DNA from: Octopus vulgaris
Lineage: Eukaryota
Assembly (NCBI GenBank): GCA_951406725.2
Contig: OX597814.1
Coordinates: 49,662,001-49,726,000 of the forward strand
Length of the DNA: 64,000 nt
Reading direction: 5' to 3'
The position numbers and the translations under genes are program-made. Numbering within the stretch: position 1 is the stretch's first letter; the number at the start of each line of letters is the position of its first letter. The notes below the pieces were generated by a model that saw nothing but the letters and a program-made list of their open reading frames with translations, made no database searches and was not told where the DNA came from. Below, piece after piece: positions 28,380 to 44,431 of this stretch.

Positions 28380-28718
28380 TAATAAACTTCTGGAAAGTTT
28401 TACAGATTTTTACAGTTCCAGTGATGGATTAGATCTGTAGTCTTCTTTATTCGGCTGTAATATTCTTTAGTGACACGTGTTTCGTTACAGGTGCCATTGT
28501 AAGATATATTTTCATCTATCCCTAGATAGCTGTAACTTTCCCCGTCCGATACAGGGAGAAAACAGTCAAATCATTGATGGAGATGTTACTAGTCTGGTTT
28601 ATAGTTTTTCTCCTTTTCACAACCATATAACAACAATTATCCTGACCAAACTCTGACCCTACATCCTTATGTACTGAGGATGCAGTAACTAGGTCAATTT
28701 TCTTTTTCGTCTCATGCA
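28380..28718 (-). mobile_element. R4/Dong-like non-LTR retrotransposon RT fragment
   Basis: KDVGSEFGQDNCCYMVVKRRK resembles DIGMEFGxDKCAxxxxKRGK. Confidence 0.55.
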
Positions 28719-29279
28719 TATTTTTTCAATAAAGGTTTAAGTAATCCACAAGGAAACTGTGTAATTTTGGTATTTCTGTTATGTATGTATGTATGTATGT
28801 ATGTATGTATGTATGTATGTATGTATGTATGTATGTATGCATGTATGTATGTATAATAAGGATTCTCCATATAAAGAAGGAGCTGTTTTCTGCTTAAGAA
28901 ACAAGGCCTCACCGTTGAAATTTGGATAAAAAAAACAAGTATTATTTATCGAAATATGCAAGAAAAGTCTTGCATTTGCTCCGCTTACAAATTGCATTTC
29001 TATATTGCGTGTCATTTGGTAATTTTTTTACCTGAACATTTTAGTTTTTCGAAATTGTTATTTAAACATTTACTAACATAGCCAAGTGCGCCAATAATTA
29101 TTGATATAAATGTGAATTCATATTCAGGGTGAAGCTGCAGGTTTCGAAGCAAGTGTTCATAAATATTCTTTTCGCTGATTTTGTAAGAGATTGTTAGGCA
29201 GCTGACCTCTACGACCGCACATGAATTTTCTTATCTACCCCAAATGAAAATATCTAACGCATCACGTATATGTATATAA

Positions 29280-29428
<149 letters not shown>

Positions 29429-29530
29429 CTGTCTGTCTGTCTGTCTGTGTCTATCTGTCAGTGCGTCTGTGTGTCTGTCTGTCTGTCCGTTCGTCTGTCC
29501 GTTCGTCTGTGTGTCTGTATATCTGTCTGT

Positions 29531-29617
<87 letters not shown>

Positions 29618-29639
29618 ATTTCCTTATCAGGAAGTGTAG

Positions 29640-31260
<1,621 letters not shown>

Positions 31261-32529
31261 ACCTTAGGTATAGTGATTCGACAAAGTTGGTAGAGAGCTA
31301 CCTAGTAAAAGTTCAAACAAACTGGCCGCTATTTGGGAAGTGTGGAAGCTTGTTGGTTGTACGATGCACAAATGGTGGCTTGTCACGCTACACATAATTA
31401 AAAACTGCTTACAATTAACATTTGGAAAGTTGATATATATAATGGTATAGGTGAAAAAAAAAGGACTGACATCCTTGAATATACACTGACATATATTCAC
31501 ATTGTCTAATACAACCGTATATATTACGAAACGCGGCTCTAGGATGACGAAAAATAGTACACAACGACATAGGCAAACGTATATATTGCAGTTTCTAAGG
31601 GCGGAATCATATTTATTCTGTCGTAATTGCTGATCCCACATACCAACAGAAAGAGAATGATAAAAAACAAAACAAAACAAAAACAACAGCAACATGCACC
31701 TTCCTTAAAACAAAACAGTAATCTAGATATCAGCAAATTGGCAGATTTCGGTATGGTATAGAATGGCATATATTTGTACTTGTACTCATTGTTACATACT
31801 GACATTCCAAGACGCATAGTAGCAAACTAACAGTATACAGACATATATATCTACCATATGTATATACACAGTTGCAGATACTAATGTTTCCTACAATCTC
31901 GCAAATATTGAATGGACAGAAATGTATATTGATCACCCATACTGAATTTACACTCGAAATTTACAAGCATATTGATGCACATAGACAAAGCTCATAAGAA
32001 CAGGTACACACATATATTCACACGTATTTGTGCGACCAAATGCAATGATATGTACATGAATACACTCAGGGAGATGCAGAAATATACATAGATATTAGGC
32101 TTACATAGATATATCGGCTGAATACTTGCACGGACGTATTCATATAGCTTATCAATATCATATTCATTGAAACACACACACACACGTACGCACACACACA
32201 CACACACACTTATACGTGCACATGTGCACACACACGCACAAATATACGCACATTCTATTGAAAATCTACCAACTTGTGTCCACAAGGAATAATGGAAGCT
32301 TTTGCTCATTCGATTTTACATGCAAGCATCGCTTGTGTTTCCCAACTGACTAACACGGAGAGTTTCACTTGTTTGCAGAGTGCAGGAGAGATTTGTAGCA
32401 TTCCTCAATCGCAATGCTTTATATTCTCATGGCTTTACACTGCAATTATTCTGTTTCCACTGCTTCTTTCATACCAATTATGCTGTTGGCATCCTTCAGT
32501 CTATCAGTGGGGGAAATAATAATATTGAC

Positions 32530-32596
<67 letters not shown>

Positions 32597-33638
32597 GGAA
32601 CAACAATACGCAGAACAATAATCATAAATAATAAATAAAAGAAAAGCTAAATAATCTGATAGAAGAGAAAAATTTGGTACGAATATCTATTAACGATTCA
32701 GTCCTTAATAGAGTTTTTTCTTTTCCTTCTTTAAAAAATAAAAAAAAAGCAAAGAAAAAGACTCACACAGATTTCTTACATAAACATAAAGCTGCAATTG
32801 TATAGACTGCGGGGAAAAGGAAAAATTGTAAAGTTCTAGATATAAGCAGTGAAGTGAATCAGTTTTAACTGGGAAATGAAGTCAGATCGCAGACATACCA
32901 GGATCAGGCCACGTTCTATAAGTTACTATTTTGATTTGTATTATCAAAGCCTTCACCCCCCCCCCCAACATGCCCAGTATATAATCAAAAGGGTTAAAAA
33001 TGTATAAATTGTGTTCTGTAGGTGATTCAATTATTGTGAATCTAGTCCTCCTTGAATACTACTACAAAATTGGATTTCCAAGATTTTCAATTAAATAATA
33101 TGCAAGTTGATATATCAATATTATTTTGGTTTTCTATATGGAAGCATTGGTTGAGAATTTTTGTGTCAGCTGTCAACAGGCACCTAATAAATAAGTCAGG
33201 AGTCTTTTACCCACTGCATAAATTATGTTGTATACTTGGCTGAGTTACTTAACTCTATTTGGTAGACTGGTACTTACCTCCAATTTCCATGGCGTTAACA
33301 ATGCACTAGTTAATCCTAGGTACACTTCCCCACATAAGGACTGAACTCTGTACTTTAAACCAACAAACCACTTGTCAAGTTTCACATTGCTGTTGCTGTT
33401 TATAAAAGGTAGTTGTTCTTAGTCGGTAGAATCTATTTACTGTTATGCAAGCTGGGTCATTTGAAAGTTATGTGTCTTGGATACAAGCATAATAAATATA
33501 GTGACCGTGACAGAATATGACCCTTCTATCTCCCGGCTAATACTCTATCCTATCGATTTAGGTATCTGTACATTGCTTAATTAAAGTTTGACTTAGATCT
33601 TCCTGCATTATTAGATGCTTAAAGGAGCAAGCTTCTTT

Positions 33639-33732
33639 CAGCTTGATCGATCTGCCACAGCTTGATCGATCTGCCACAGCTTGATCGATCTGCCACAGCT
33701 TGATCGATCTGCCACAGCTTGATCGATCTGCC
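33639..33732. repeat. 19-bp tandem repeat, about 5 copies (CAGCTTGATCGATCTGCCA)
   Basis: Perfect head-to-tail copies, no spacers. Confidence 0.95.
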
Positions 33733-34109
33733 TCTGTTCCTGCCCAATCAGTTCTCATGCGTTTAAGGTCTTTTCAGGATGTTTGGCGTCAGGTGTTCTT
33801 TGATCGGCTCTTTCTCCCTTTTCTTCTCTCGATGCCTACATCATTGCAGTACTTGCTTGCTAGGTGGCTGACAGGTATAAAATATGACTACGGCAAAATC
33901 GATGCAACATCTCGATATTTTGCAATGATTGGGATTTGCTTCGCAGAAAGAGTTTTTCATTTATAATTCTGACTCTCCAAGCCACTTTGAGGACCTTTCG
34001 TTGGCAACATTAGTTGTATGTGTTCAGCTTGTTGGCCACCTTTCCTCTTAGTTGACTTTGTATTGAAGAAGGTAACTAAGGTACTGAAAGACTGCAGTGG
34101 AAAATGACA

Positions 34110-34520
34110 GAAAAAACTTTGTGGTCTGACCGATGATATTTTGCTGAGGGCAGAAACAAGCAAGAATTGGGCAGCAAGAACTAATTACCAAGCTCAAAGA
34201 ACGGTGTTAAGAATTAGCTGTGAAAAGTGACTAAAGCGATGCAGATTAATGCCACAATCCAACCTCTTATTTTCATTGGTAACAAAGTGTGGAAGATTTG
34301 CACGATTTCTTCTATCAGGGTATGTGATCAGTAGATATAGTAGCACAGAAAGTGGTGTGAAGAGTAGAATTATTAATGCAGGATTCATACTGCAGTACAT
34401 GTACGAAATTAAACAGCAACAAAAATAAGTACTGAAATAGCAGCTCAACTTTATGGTGCCAAAGTTCTTCCAACAGTTTTGTATGGCAGCAAAACATGGA
34501 AAATGACAGCACATTGATTG
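34110..34520 (+). mobile_element. RTE-clade LINE RT C-terminal fragment
   Basis: TDDILL, VEDLHDFFY.GYVIS...VKSRI, QLYGAKVLPTVLYGSKTWKMT with frameshifts. Confidence 0.7.
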
Positions 34521-35229
34521 AAATATCACAGTCAGGGAATAAACGTCACCATTCGTATTGAGCATTTTTGGAGGAGCAGCGAAGGAGTCACTACACGATT
34601 ACTCAATCGGTTAAAAATAGCTGTTAAATTTCCCCCCAAATCACACTATACTGTTTAAGAAAGAGGGTAACATACAATAATGTAGTTCAACATGAACTAT
34701 ATTTGGATAAAACATAGGATGGTCACAGCTAGAACGCGTTTGATAACAAGCCTGCTGAATCAGAGCTGATCTGAGGTTAAATTATGATAGTATTTTTACA
34801 GGAAATATTCAACTTTTCCTATCAGTTCCTCCTTGGATGTTTGGTACAAACATGCTGTTTTACTATGTTGATATTTAACGACGTAGCTCGGTCATAAAGT
34901 TATGGAAAATTTGATAAAGATACAGAGACGAAATATATCCTTTTACATATCTCAAATGTAAGGAGATTTCAGTGCAGTTGCCTGGAGAATCTTTGAAACT
35001 TCGAGCAACATGCTTTGCGGTAGCTGTCGAGCTCTTTACAATTTGACTTTAAATTTCGACTAAATCAGCTGTGTTTTTCAACCTTCCAAACTATATATCA
35101 GCCACATTTTCCTTCACTCGAAATTGCCGGCTTTGTGCGTAAGCTGGTAATTTAAAATTAAAATATGTTCAATCACCATGAGAAATGAATAATCTAAACG
35201 CTTCGGGGTTCTCACCCTTTGTCTGAAGA

Positions 35230-35286
<57 letters not shown>

Positions 35287-37697
35287 AAGAAAGAGAGATA
35301 GTGTATTTGGTAGCAGTAATTTTTTGTTTCCCTACAAGACAAGCGATAACATTACTTCTCTTTCTCTTGAAGATCAAAAGCCCCAAAACACTAGATTCTT
35401 CATCCTCACAACTGAACTTATCAAATTCTTCTATAAATTCCTCTTTTGGATTAATTATCGCTCACACAGATTATCGCACTTTACTCTGACTCCAGGTTTT
35501 ATCTTGATTATAAGATATTTTTTGATAAATAGACATAATTGATCAATTTAAAAGAAGGATAGATTGCTGACCAACAACTTGGTTTGTATTGCATTCCCAA
35601 TCTTTGATGTATCCACAACCAGCACATTTAATTTTCTCAAATTCTTTTGCCATTATGTCAATAGGTACCGTGGAGTAGATACAATGTTTCTAGTTTTGAG
35701 TGTTTGAAGACGTGCTAAGTTCACTTCCTTTTTTAGACAAAGAGAAATCAATTATTAGAGCAGTATTTTGACAACATTTAAGACTGATCATCAAAAGCAA
35801 TCCTCAAATATGTAATAACCACTGCCTTAGTTTACAAGCTACTTACTTAACAAGCCATCCAGCCTATAATACTTCCTGTAATACTTACTGTATATCATTT
35901 CTCAGACTTCATACCCGACCTTTCTTTTTTAGAGATGCTCCTATCTAGTATTCCCTCCCTAACCAGAGTCGCCATACAAACATTGACCTATACCTCTTCA
36001 AAATGAACATCAATTTCACTAATATCTGTAATCTGGCAGGGTAAAAAATGTCGTGGTCACTGCCTCATACACTCAACTAATTTATAACACCCTGTCACAC
36101 GCACTCATACACATACACAGACTCTTATGCACACGCACACAATGCTATGTGTATGCAAATATACTTAAATGAATCCACACATTCTGAAAGTTATGTCTGA
36201 AGTTAAGGAAAAACTTACGTCTATATCATGGTTATAAACTCTCATCTGTATCCTTCCACTAGGCATCCTTGAAACAAGATGAAATTTAAACACACAAACC
36301 CATCGGTTTAAATCATGACCCTTGTCGAAGGTGAATATTATTCATTTGTGTTCTTACCTTTTTTTTGTGCTGTTTTTAGTGACTGAAACATTCGATAAGT
36401 ATCTGATGAGAGAGTCTGCTTGCTGTCGTAGTGTATCTATGTTATTTATGGTTGTTATTGTGTCATGGGAGTAACCATTCTCTTTCTTGTTCTTGTTTAT
36501 GATGATGCTCTGTATAATGTTTTGTGGTTTATGTTTGATGCTATGTTGTAAGTCTGTGTGATGTTAGTGTATTGAGTTGGAGGTTGTTCTAGCGTTTTAT
36601 CAGGTTGGCTACTTCTGTTGTCTAGTTGGGGGTGGGTGTTGTATTTTATGTTAGCTTGTGACACATGTTTCCCAAGATTTTCTGAGTGCGATTACAAACA
36701 TTTTAAATACTCTAGAATGTTTAAAACCCGAAAGTAACAAGCAAGAGTGGCAACTTCAATAATATCAATTAATTGAAATTTCTAAAAAAAACATGCACCA
36801 TGGCAATGAAAGTAAAGGCTATATTTTGATTGCGTTAAGCATCCTTAGCCAAACTTGTTCTATTTGATTGGTAAGAATTAGAAGTACTGCTGTGTCTATG
36901 CTAGTGAGTGCGAAACTTGCTTTTCTTTCTTGGTGGAATTTGTTCCAATTGATTTTTAAAAATGTTTGTAGAAGTGTTGTTGCTTTACGCAGTAATGTAC
37001 CACTGTGTTGTGGTGAGTGGGGCTTGATAGTCAGTGAAGTGTTAAACGACTTTTACTATGTCCTTGTGGTAAAAACGTGTGTGTGAGGCAAAGGGTTTTG
37101 TCTGGGGAAGCGTTGATATAGTCAGCTAGTTGAGGTACGTGGTTGTATTGATGTGGTTGTTTACGGTGTAAAGGGAGTTGTGATACTATTACGCCACCCT
37201 TGGGTTATTTTATATTGTTTCTCTACAAGCATATGCTCCCTGCACAAAATCACACTTCAATAATGGTGTTTGGGATGAAATCCCATAGTCTTGTGCGCTT
37301 TTGGTAGTAGGGATTTGCGTGTGATATTTTATTCTTTTTCCAAGGGCGATTTAAATGAAGTGAACTGGCATCACTTAGACGCAATTATGTAATTTAACAA
37401 TATGACCGACGGGAAATACCTTGGAGAAGCGTTCTGCATATTAAATAAATATGCTATAGGATCTCATATGTGCAACATAATGAGTCGAAAAACTGCAATT
37501 AATTGATGTTGTCTATGCAAATAGAGGACAAGAACTCTCTCCAGAGTGTTAAAAAAAACAAGAAAGAGAGGCAACTCCAATAATATCTAGAAAATACAAA
37601 CTATGCAGATGAGAGTGAATCTAGTCTATAAAGTGATCTGATGAAAACAAAGGATATGTTATGATGTTCTCAGTTGGCATGATTTAGAAGTGATCAA

Positions 37698-37800
<103 letters not shown>

Positions 37801-37809
37801 GTGTCTGTT

Positions 37810-37985
37810 TGTCTAAAATCTAAAGGCTCTCCAAGAAAGGCATGTGATATATGCTCCGTTGTTTATGAAGCACAGATGTCAGCAAACTATGGCAACGACC
37901 CAACAAAGACCAAGCGTTATACTGGATCAGTGGAAGGAAAATTTAAACCCAGATGCAACAACCATCTTTCAGCTTTAAGACATTC
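37810..37985 (+). mobile_element. Penelope GIY-YIG endonuclease relic
   Basis: CSVVYEAQM...KRYTGSVEGKFKPRCNNHLSALRH. Confidence 0.7.
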
Positions 37986-38275
37986 TCTGTCGGAGCATAG
38001 GTAGCCATCAATCTGTTCAAACCTAGGACCACCAACTTACCTTCTGGATCCAGGAATGCTGCTTTTATTTTTAAATCCAGACCATTCCGGAAAAAGCACC
38101 ACAGTACCACCACCACTCCCTCCCAGCCGACACAGAGATAGCAAAATCTCGTATCCACCGAAAAGAGTGACGAGGTCCCGTGGGTCGGATAGTCTGGATT
38201 CACTAATGGATGCTACGTCTACACTAAAGGATCTCAGGTCATTTAAACATTGACCTTGTTTCCAAGGTGGCTCGA
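37986..38275 (-). mobile_element. L1/Tx1-type LINE AP-endonuclease N-terminal fragment
   Basis: LNDLRSFSVDVASISESRL...GGGTVVLF, then frameshift to DLKIKAAFLDPEGKLVVL...TYAPT. Confidence 0.7.
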
Positions 38276-38872
38276 GGCCCGTGTGGCTGTTGCTGCTGCT
38301 GTCGTAGCTGTTGGTGGTGGTGTTTGCAACTCCAGCTGGTGACGGTAATACTCCGGCTGGTGTCTTTGTTGTTGGTGGTGCCCTGGCGACGGCTGGAGGT
38401 GGCGTCGCTGTTGTTGCTGCTGGTGGTGACGGTGTTAAAATAAATCTAGGACGGAGAAGAACTCGACTTACCATTGTTGTCTGGTATGGTGGTGCACTTG
38501 GTCTTTCGTGTGGGTGTTTCCACGAGGTTTTTGTTTATTCTTTTTGTGAAAGTCTATTGGAACGACCCCAAAGCTTCCGGGAATATTGTTTTTATAGTGT
38601 TGTGATTTTCTTGAGTCATTTTAAAGATTTGTTTGTGTGGTGGTGGTGAGTTGTGTGTTGGGAAGACACAGCCTGTCATTGTGGTGTTTGTATTGTCTCT
38701 TAAGAATGTGACTAAGTCTATATTTTCTGTATTTATGGCTGTGAGGTTTGTAGTACTTGTAGAATCTGTTTGTGGTGATGTAGATGTTTGAGGTGGTAGT
38801 GCTGGCGGAGGTGGTGTTGTTGGTTGTTGTTGTTGTGTGTGTGTTGCTGCTGTTGGGGGAGGCACAAACAAT

Positions 38873-38996
38873 ACTGCTACATTCATATCATTATATTGGT
38901 GTAGCTGAGAGTGGAATCGACTGGGTTAGGCTGAGTTGCCCTATAGACACAAAATAAAGATGGGGAGGGAAACAAGAACTGCTCCTAGGAACCAGT
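38873..38996. repeat. 124-bp segment identical to 42682-42805
   Basis: ACTGCTACATTCATATC...CTCCTAGGAACCAGT matched base by base. Confidence 0.95.
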
Positions 38997-39076
38997 TCAG
39001 CAAATTTTCATCAAAAATAGACAACTTTTAACGGAGCTCAAAAAACACGTGTTATCTCCTTCACAACAACAACGAC

Positions 39077-39146
<70 letters not shown>

Positions 39147-39233
39147 TATCAGATGGGTAGTCATGATGGGTATACTGGGCTTCGTATATTTTACCCCAGT
39201 GTCACTTTGATGGCATGCACTGCTCTCTCACTC

Positions 39234-39280
<47 letters not shown>

Positions 39281-39336
39281 TAATAATAATAATAATAAAA
39301 ACAACAACAACAACAACAACAACAACGACGACGACG

Positions 39337-39406
<70 letters not shown>

Positions 39407-39434
39407 GAATAATAAGAATAAGAATAATAATAAT

Positions 39435-39957
39435 GCCCAGCCAGTGGCTGTCATGGTTTTGATCTTAACTGATTTGAAGTGTTATCATGTACATGCTTTG
39501 TTTTGGTATAAGAAATGGGCTCAATACCATAGATTTGCTTGTCAGTTGTTTGACCTAAACCAGTGGAGCATATCCCTTAATGGATGATGATAGGTGCATT
39601 TCTGATCACGAGTAGAAGTAGTGGAGAGCATCATAGCCACGTGTTGAGAGGAATTCTTTGGGGTTTGAATAATTTAACTCTGGAAACATGGGTGTTTTGT
39701 TTATCATGCTTAAACAAACCTTATTCAGCGACCTTTTGAAGGGGATGGGCTACTCGACCCGAAGAAAATACTAACTGGGCCCATCCTGCAAGATTATTCG
39801 TTGTTTATCTTCATATGTGATCACCATGTCGCGCACATATGGTTGTTATGCATGTGCCTGGTGCACCCTTTTCAGACGGGTAGTCATGATGAGCAGATTG
39901 GGCTTCGTATATTTGCACTCAAGTGTCACTTTGATGGCATGCGCTTCTCTCTCACTC
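39435..39957 (+). mobile_element. Retroposon 3' region next to (AAT)n; short copy at 39150-39233
   Basis: Shared terminus GGGTAGTCATGATG...GTGTCACTTTGATGGCATGC...CTCTCTCACTC-AAT. Confidence 0.65.
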
Positions 39958-39973
39958 AATATATATACACGCG

Positions 39974-40045
<72 letters not shown>

Positions 40046-40146
40046 TATATATATATATATGTATGTATATATATATATATATATGTATATATATGCACAC
40101 ATATATGCATGTACATATGTGCACACATCTATATATGTATGTATGC

Positions 40147-40361
40147 ATATTGTTGTATTTCGGGATGGTCATTTTTTTTCACGAAATAAACACACGCACT
40201 GCATATTCGTTCTTCACTCGTTTATTACTGTTCTTATTTTTACTGAAATCCATTGTCTGTAAATAAGAACAGTAATAAACGAGTGAAGAACGAATATGCA
40301 GTGCGTGTGTCTATTTGACAAAAGAAAATAAATAAATAACCATCCTGAAATGCAACAATAT
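40147..40361. repeat. Palindromic MITE-like hairpin
   Basis: Perfect 50-bp arms 40190-40239 and 40261-40310, 21-nt loop, imperfect outer arms. Confidence 0.9.
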
Positions 40362-40482
40362 CTGTTTCAACGCACGGTTTCACATCAGGAATATTGCAAC
40401 ACAAATTCATAAACGTAAAAATACGTATGTATGTATGTATGTATGTATGTATGTATGTATGTATGTATGTATGTATGTATGT

Positions 40483-41031
40483 TGGTCACCTTTGAGTGCT
40501 ACTGGTAACATATAACCCAGTACAACCTGTTGCATGGTCGGGTCGTCGGCGACTAAACCGGCAACCCCACCAAGCTTGCTTGGTGAGGAGGGTGTTTATT
40601 GGACACCCTGTGGGATGAAAAACAGAACCCGTCAAAGGGCGGAGGAACTCTTGAGAGCCAACGGCCATCCAATAAATGTCTTAAGGATGTATCATGCGCG
40701 GGGACATAGAAATAATCGGACTGAATACCCGATCGCGCGTTTAAACAATTGGGAGTGAAGGACTCCTAGCCTTTTTTAGGGCATCCTTCTAGGAGAAGGT
40801 AACTCAGGTAACTGGGATAACTCCGACATAAAAGCTGCGGCTCAGTGGTTACCGATGATGTTGACTTGTTCTTCTTTTCGGATTATGGCTGCTGTTGCTT
40901 AGTGAGTGGGATTGACTAAGTGCACAACCTTTCCTCACTTTAAAAAAATCTTCTTGCACAGGAATTGCATGATAACAACATTGATTAAGCTTCATGCAAT
41001 GGCTATACTCGATAAGGAGGGGGCAGCCACC
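40483..41031 (+). mobile_element. Non-autonomous RTE-like element within (TATG)n
   Basis: GC-richer 549-bp block with RTE 5'UTR-like GTCG..GGCGACTAAA and GGGCATCCTTCTAGGAGAAGGTAACTC motifs; (TATG)n on both sides. Confidence 0.45.
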
Positions 41032-41325
41032 ATGTATGTATGTATGTATGTATGTATGTATGTATGTATGTATGTATGTATGTATGTATGTATGTATGTA
41101 TGTATGTATGTATACAAGTGTATATATATATGTACATATATATATATATGTATATGTATGTATGTATGTATGCATGTATGTATGTGTGTGTGTTTGTGTG
41201 TGTGTATTATTAACGTATATTTCCCCAAATACCTATTTAAATACTTTTAACATAGCTGAGTGTGATGAAACAAGGCAAAGCCTTTGCTGAGCTTTACTAG
41301 GCTTTTGATTCCAATTTTCCAGACA

Positions 41326-42543
41326 TTGGGTCATCCCATAAATAATGCGGTTTTTCAATTGCATGAACTAAAAGTTGGTGGGGGACGGGATAAAGTACCT
41401 GCATTAACTTGCTATAAAAGCAGGCAGCAATTTTACCTATAGTGCAAGATTCGAAGAGTGCAGTTCGATTTTAATAGTTATTTTTCAAAGTTATAATGGA
41501 AGTGACAAAGGGGGATATTCAGCATATTTTGCTTTGTGAGTTCAATGAAGGCAACAACGCAACAGAAAGTGCGAGAATATTAATGCAGTTTATGGGGATC
41601 GGGCAATAAATGTAAGCCAGCGTCAACGGTGGTTCCAGAAATTCCGAGCCGGAAACTACAACCTAGAAGACAATCCTCATCCTGGAAGGTCTGTAGAGCT
41701 CCACGGGGATGTCCTGCATGCCCTGGTGGAACAAAATCCCATCGTAACTGTTGAAGAACTATCAGAAAAATTTGGATTTGGTCATTCAACCATTCATCAA
41801 CACCTGTGTACCCTCGGAAAAGTCAGCCAATTGGGGCAATGGGTTCCTCATAAACTTTCAAAGTCTAATCGCGTGCAGAGAGTGAATGTGTGCTCTTCTT
41901 TATTGTCGCGTCCCACAAATGAACCTTTTTTGGACCGAATAGTGACTGGTGACGAAAAATGGGGGTGGGAAAGGAGAAATACCGGCACCCCAGGCTAAAG
42001 AAAGTTTTTACCCACGTAGGGTGTTGTTATCTGTTTGGTGGGATATGAAAGGTTTAGTCTAATTTGATCTTTTAAACCCAAACCAAACGATAACAAAGGA
42101 GATCTACTGCGAGCAGCTTGAGCGGCTTAAGTCAGCGCTAGAAGAGAAACGACCATCTTTGATTTCAAGTCGAAAGGTAGTTCTTCCATCAGGATAATGC
42201 TCGGCCACATACAGTGAGGATGACATTCCAAAAGCTGGAGCAGTCTGGATGGGAAACGATGCCCCACCCATCATATTCGCCGGACATTGCCTCATTTGAT
42301 TATCATTTATTCCACAGTCTTTAAAATCATGAATTCTGTAGACGAGGTCAGAACAATACTGGAGGAGTATTTTTCATCACGGACAAGTGAATTTTGGAAG
42401 AGGGGCCTTGCAAATCAACCAGATAGGTAGAAGATCATTGTAGAAAATGAAGGAGAGTATATTTTAGATTAAAGAACTCTGTTTATCTTAATTTTGAAAA
42501 ATAAACGTATAAAAAAGACCTCATTATTTATGGGATGACCCAA
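41326..42543 (+). mobile_element. Near full-length mariner with pseudogenised transposase (41496-42472)
   Basis: TIRs TTGGGTCATCCCATAAATAATG and CATTATTTATGGGATGACCCAA|TA; WFQKFR, GQWVPHKL, RIVTGDEKW, HQDNARPH, YSPDIASFDYHLF; frameshifts and stops. Confidence 0.92.
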
Positions 42544-43961
42544 TACTTATATTTCCTCTTCATGAACCAGAATAAATGTATACATATCACAGTTTCGTTT
42601 CCATCTCTCCGAATGTTGATATGTAATCGAAGAAATGCTCCACATCTATGTAGCTCTATTACAGCGTTTCGTTATAGTTTCACTGCTACATTCATATCAT
42701 TATATTGGTGTAGCTGAGAGTGGAATCGACTGGGTTAGGCTGAGTTGCCCTATAGACACAAAATAAAGATGGGGAGGGAAACAAGAACTGCTCCTAGGAA
42801 CCAGTCACCTACAAAACAAAGAAAATAATAACAACAAAAATAAAAAAAAAGCTGATTCTTAACTGACGAGTGGTTTCTGGGGTCACGTGTTTAACTCTTA
42901 TTTTAAAAGCATTAAACAGTTGAGATAAATATCCCTCCACATAAAATGTCGGACTGTCGCAGGTATCCATTCCCATATGATTTGCTGTCTATTACCGATA
43001 GCTAGGTGAACTGATTTATTATTCTAAGAACTGTCGCACAGGGAGCGCATATATGTGATGCGTTAAACGAGAGATGCACAATAACCATCGCACACCATCT
43101 GCAATCAGAGCTAGTGCTTGGATAACTAAGCTCCGCCGATCGAAACGATTGGGAACTTGTGGACCCCATGGCTGAGGATAGGAATCGTTGCTTTCTTTTG
43201 GCTCATATAAAAGTCTTTTCTATTATGACTTTCTGTGCGAACACTCGTTTGGCTGAAAACATTAATTTATCATAGTTCATTCGTTCACATTAAGTTCAGT
43301 TCCCTGATCACTCCATATTTATTCTTACAATTATCTTAACACTAGTAACATATTTTACATTCTTACTCATAACAAACACATTTTCTTCACTAAAAATTAC
43401 TGAAAGAAAAAAAAGAAGAAAAAATTTGAACAATTATTCTTAGAATTACTTTATTCCTTGCTAGTCTGGATTGATACTGTGTGGATGTTTCTATTGTAAG
43501 ATAGAAGGAATTGAATTCATCTCTGGAAGCTATAGCTTCAGTTCAACCAAATCTGTGTGATTGAAATTTGGCACTTGGATACCTTTAGTAGAGTCCATTC
43601 TGTTGGACTAAGCAAACCGTTACAAAGTAGAGTTGGTTGTCCAGTGTAAACAAATCAACATTGGTTGTCATACGGAGGGATGGTAGAATATAAATAAAAT
43701 CATAAAGACACACACGTATATACAATAGGCTTCCATGTAGTTTCCATCTATCAAATTTGCGCACAAAACATTAGTCAGCCCGGGTGTAGTAGAAGATACT
43801 TACCCAAATGCGGTACAGTGGGCCTGAACCTGAAGCCACATGGTTGCAAAGCGAGATACTTCAACAACAAACGAGTGAGTTATCTTCTTTTGGTATTCTG
43901 TCCTGTACTTAAATCCCCTGGTGTTTACGTATTTTTCACTCGTTGTTGATGTCCTGTACTA

Positions 43962-44072
<111 letters not shown>

Positions 44073-44158
44073 GTACATATATATATATAATGTATTTTTA
44101 TAAGTATCTATAATTACACACACACACACACACACACACATACACACATATATATATG

Positions 44159-44224
<66 letters not shown>

Positions 44225-44374
44225 CATATATATATTAATATATATAATATAAATATATGTATATATATATGTATATGTATATAATGATATGTATATATGC
44301 AATACGTATGTATGTATGTATGTATGTATGTATGCATGTATGTATATATCTATATACATGTATACATATACACA

Positions 44375-44431
<57 letters not shown>

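Noticed and set aside
33639-33732. CRISPR-like short palindromic repeats
   Set aside because: No spacers, eukaryotic context, no cas genes.
36400-37350. Possible further Penelope ORF remnant on the minus strand
   Set aside because: Only vague similarity; too decayed to call.
40484-40600. HDV-like ribozyme (GGTCACC/GGCGACT as P1 with G-U)
   Set aside because: Could not find P3/L3, the P1.1 GG or P2.
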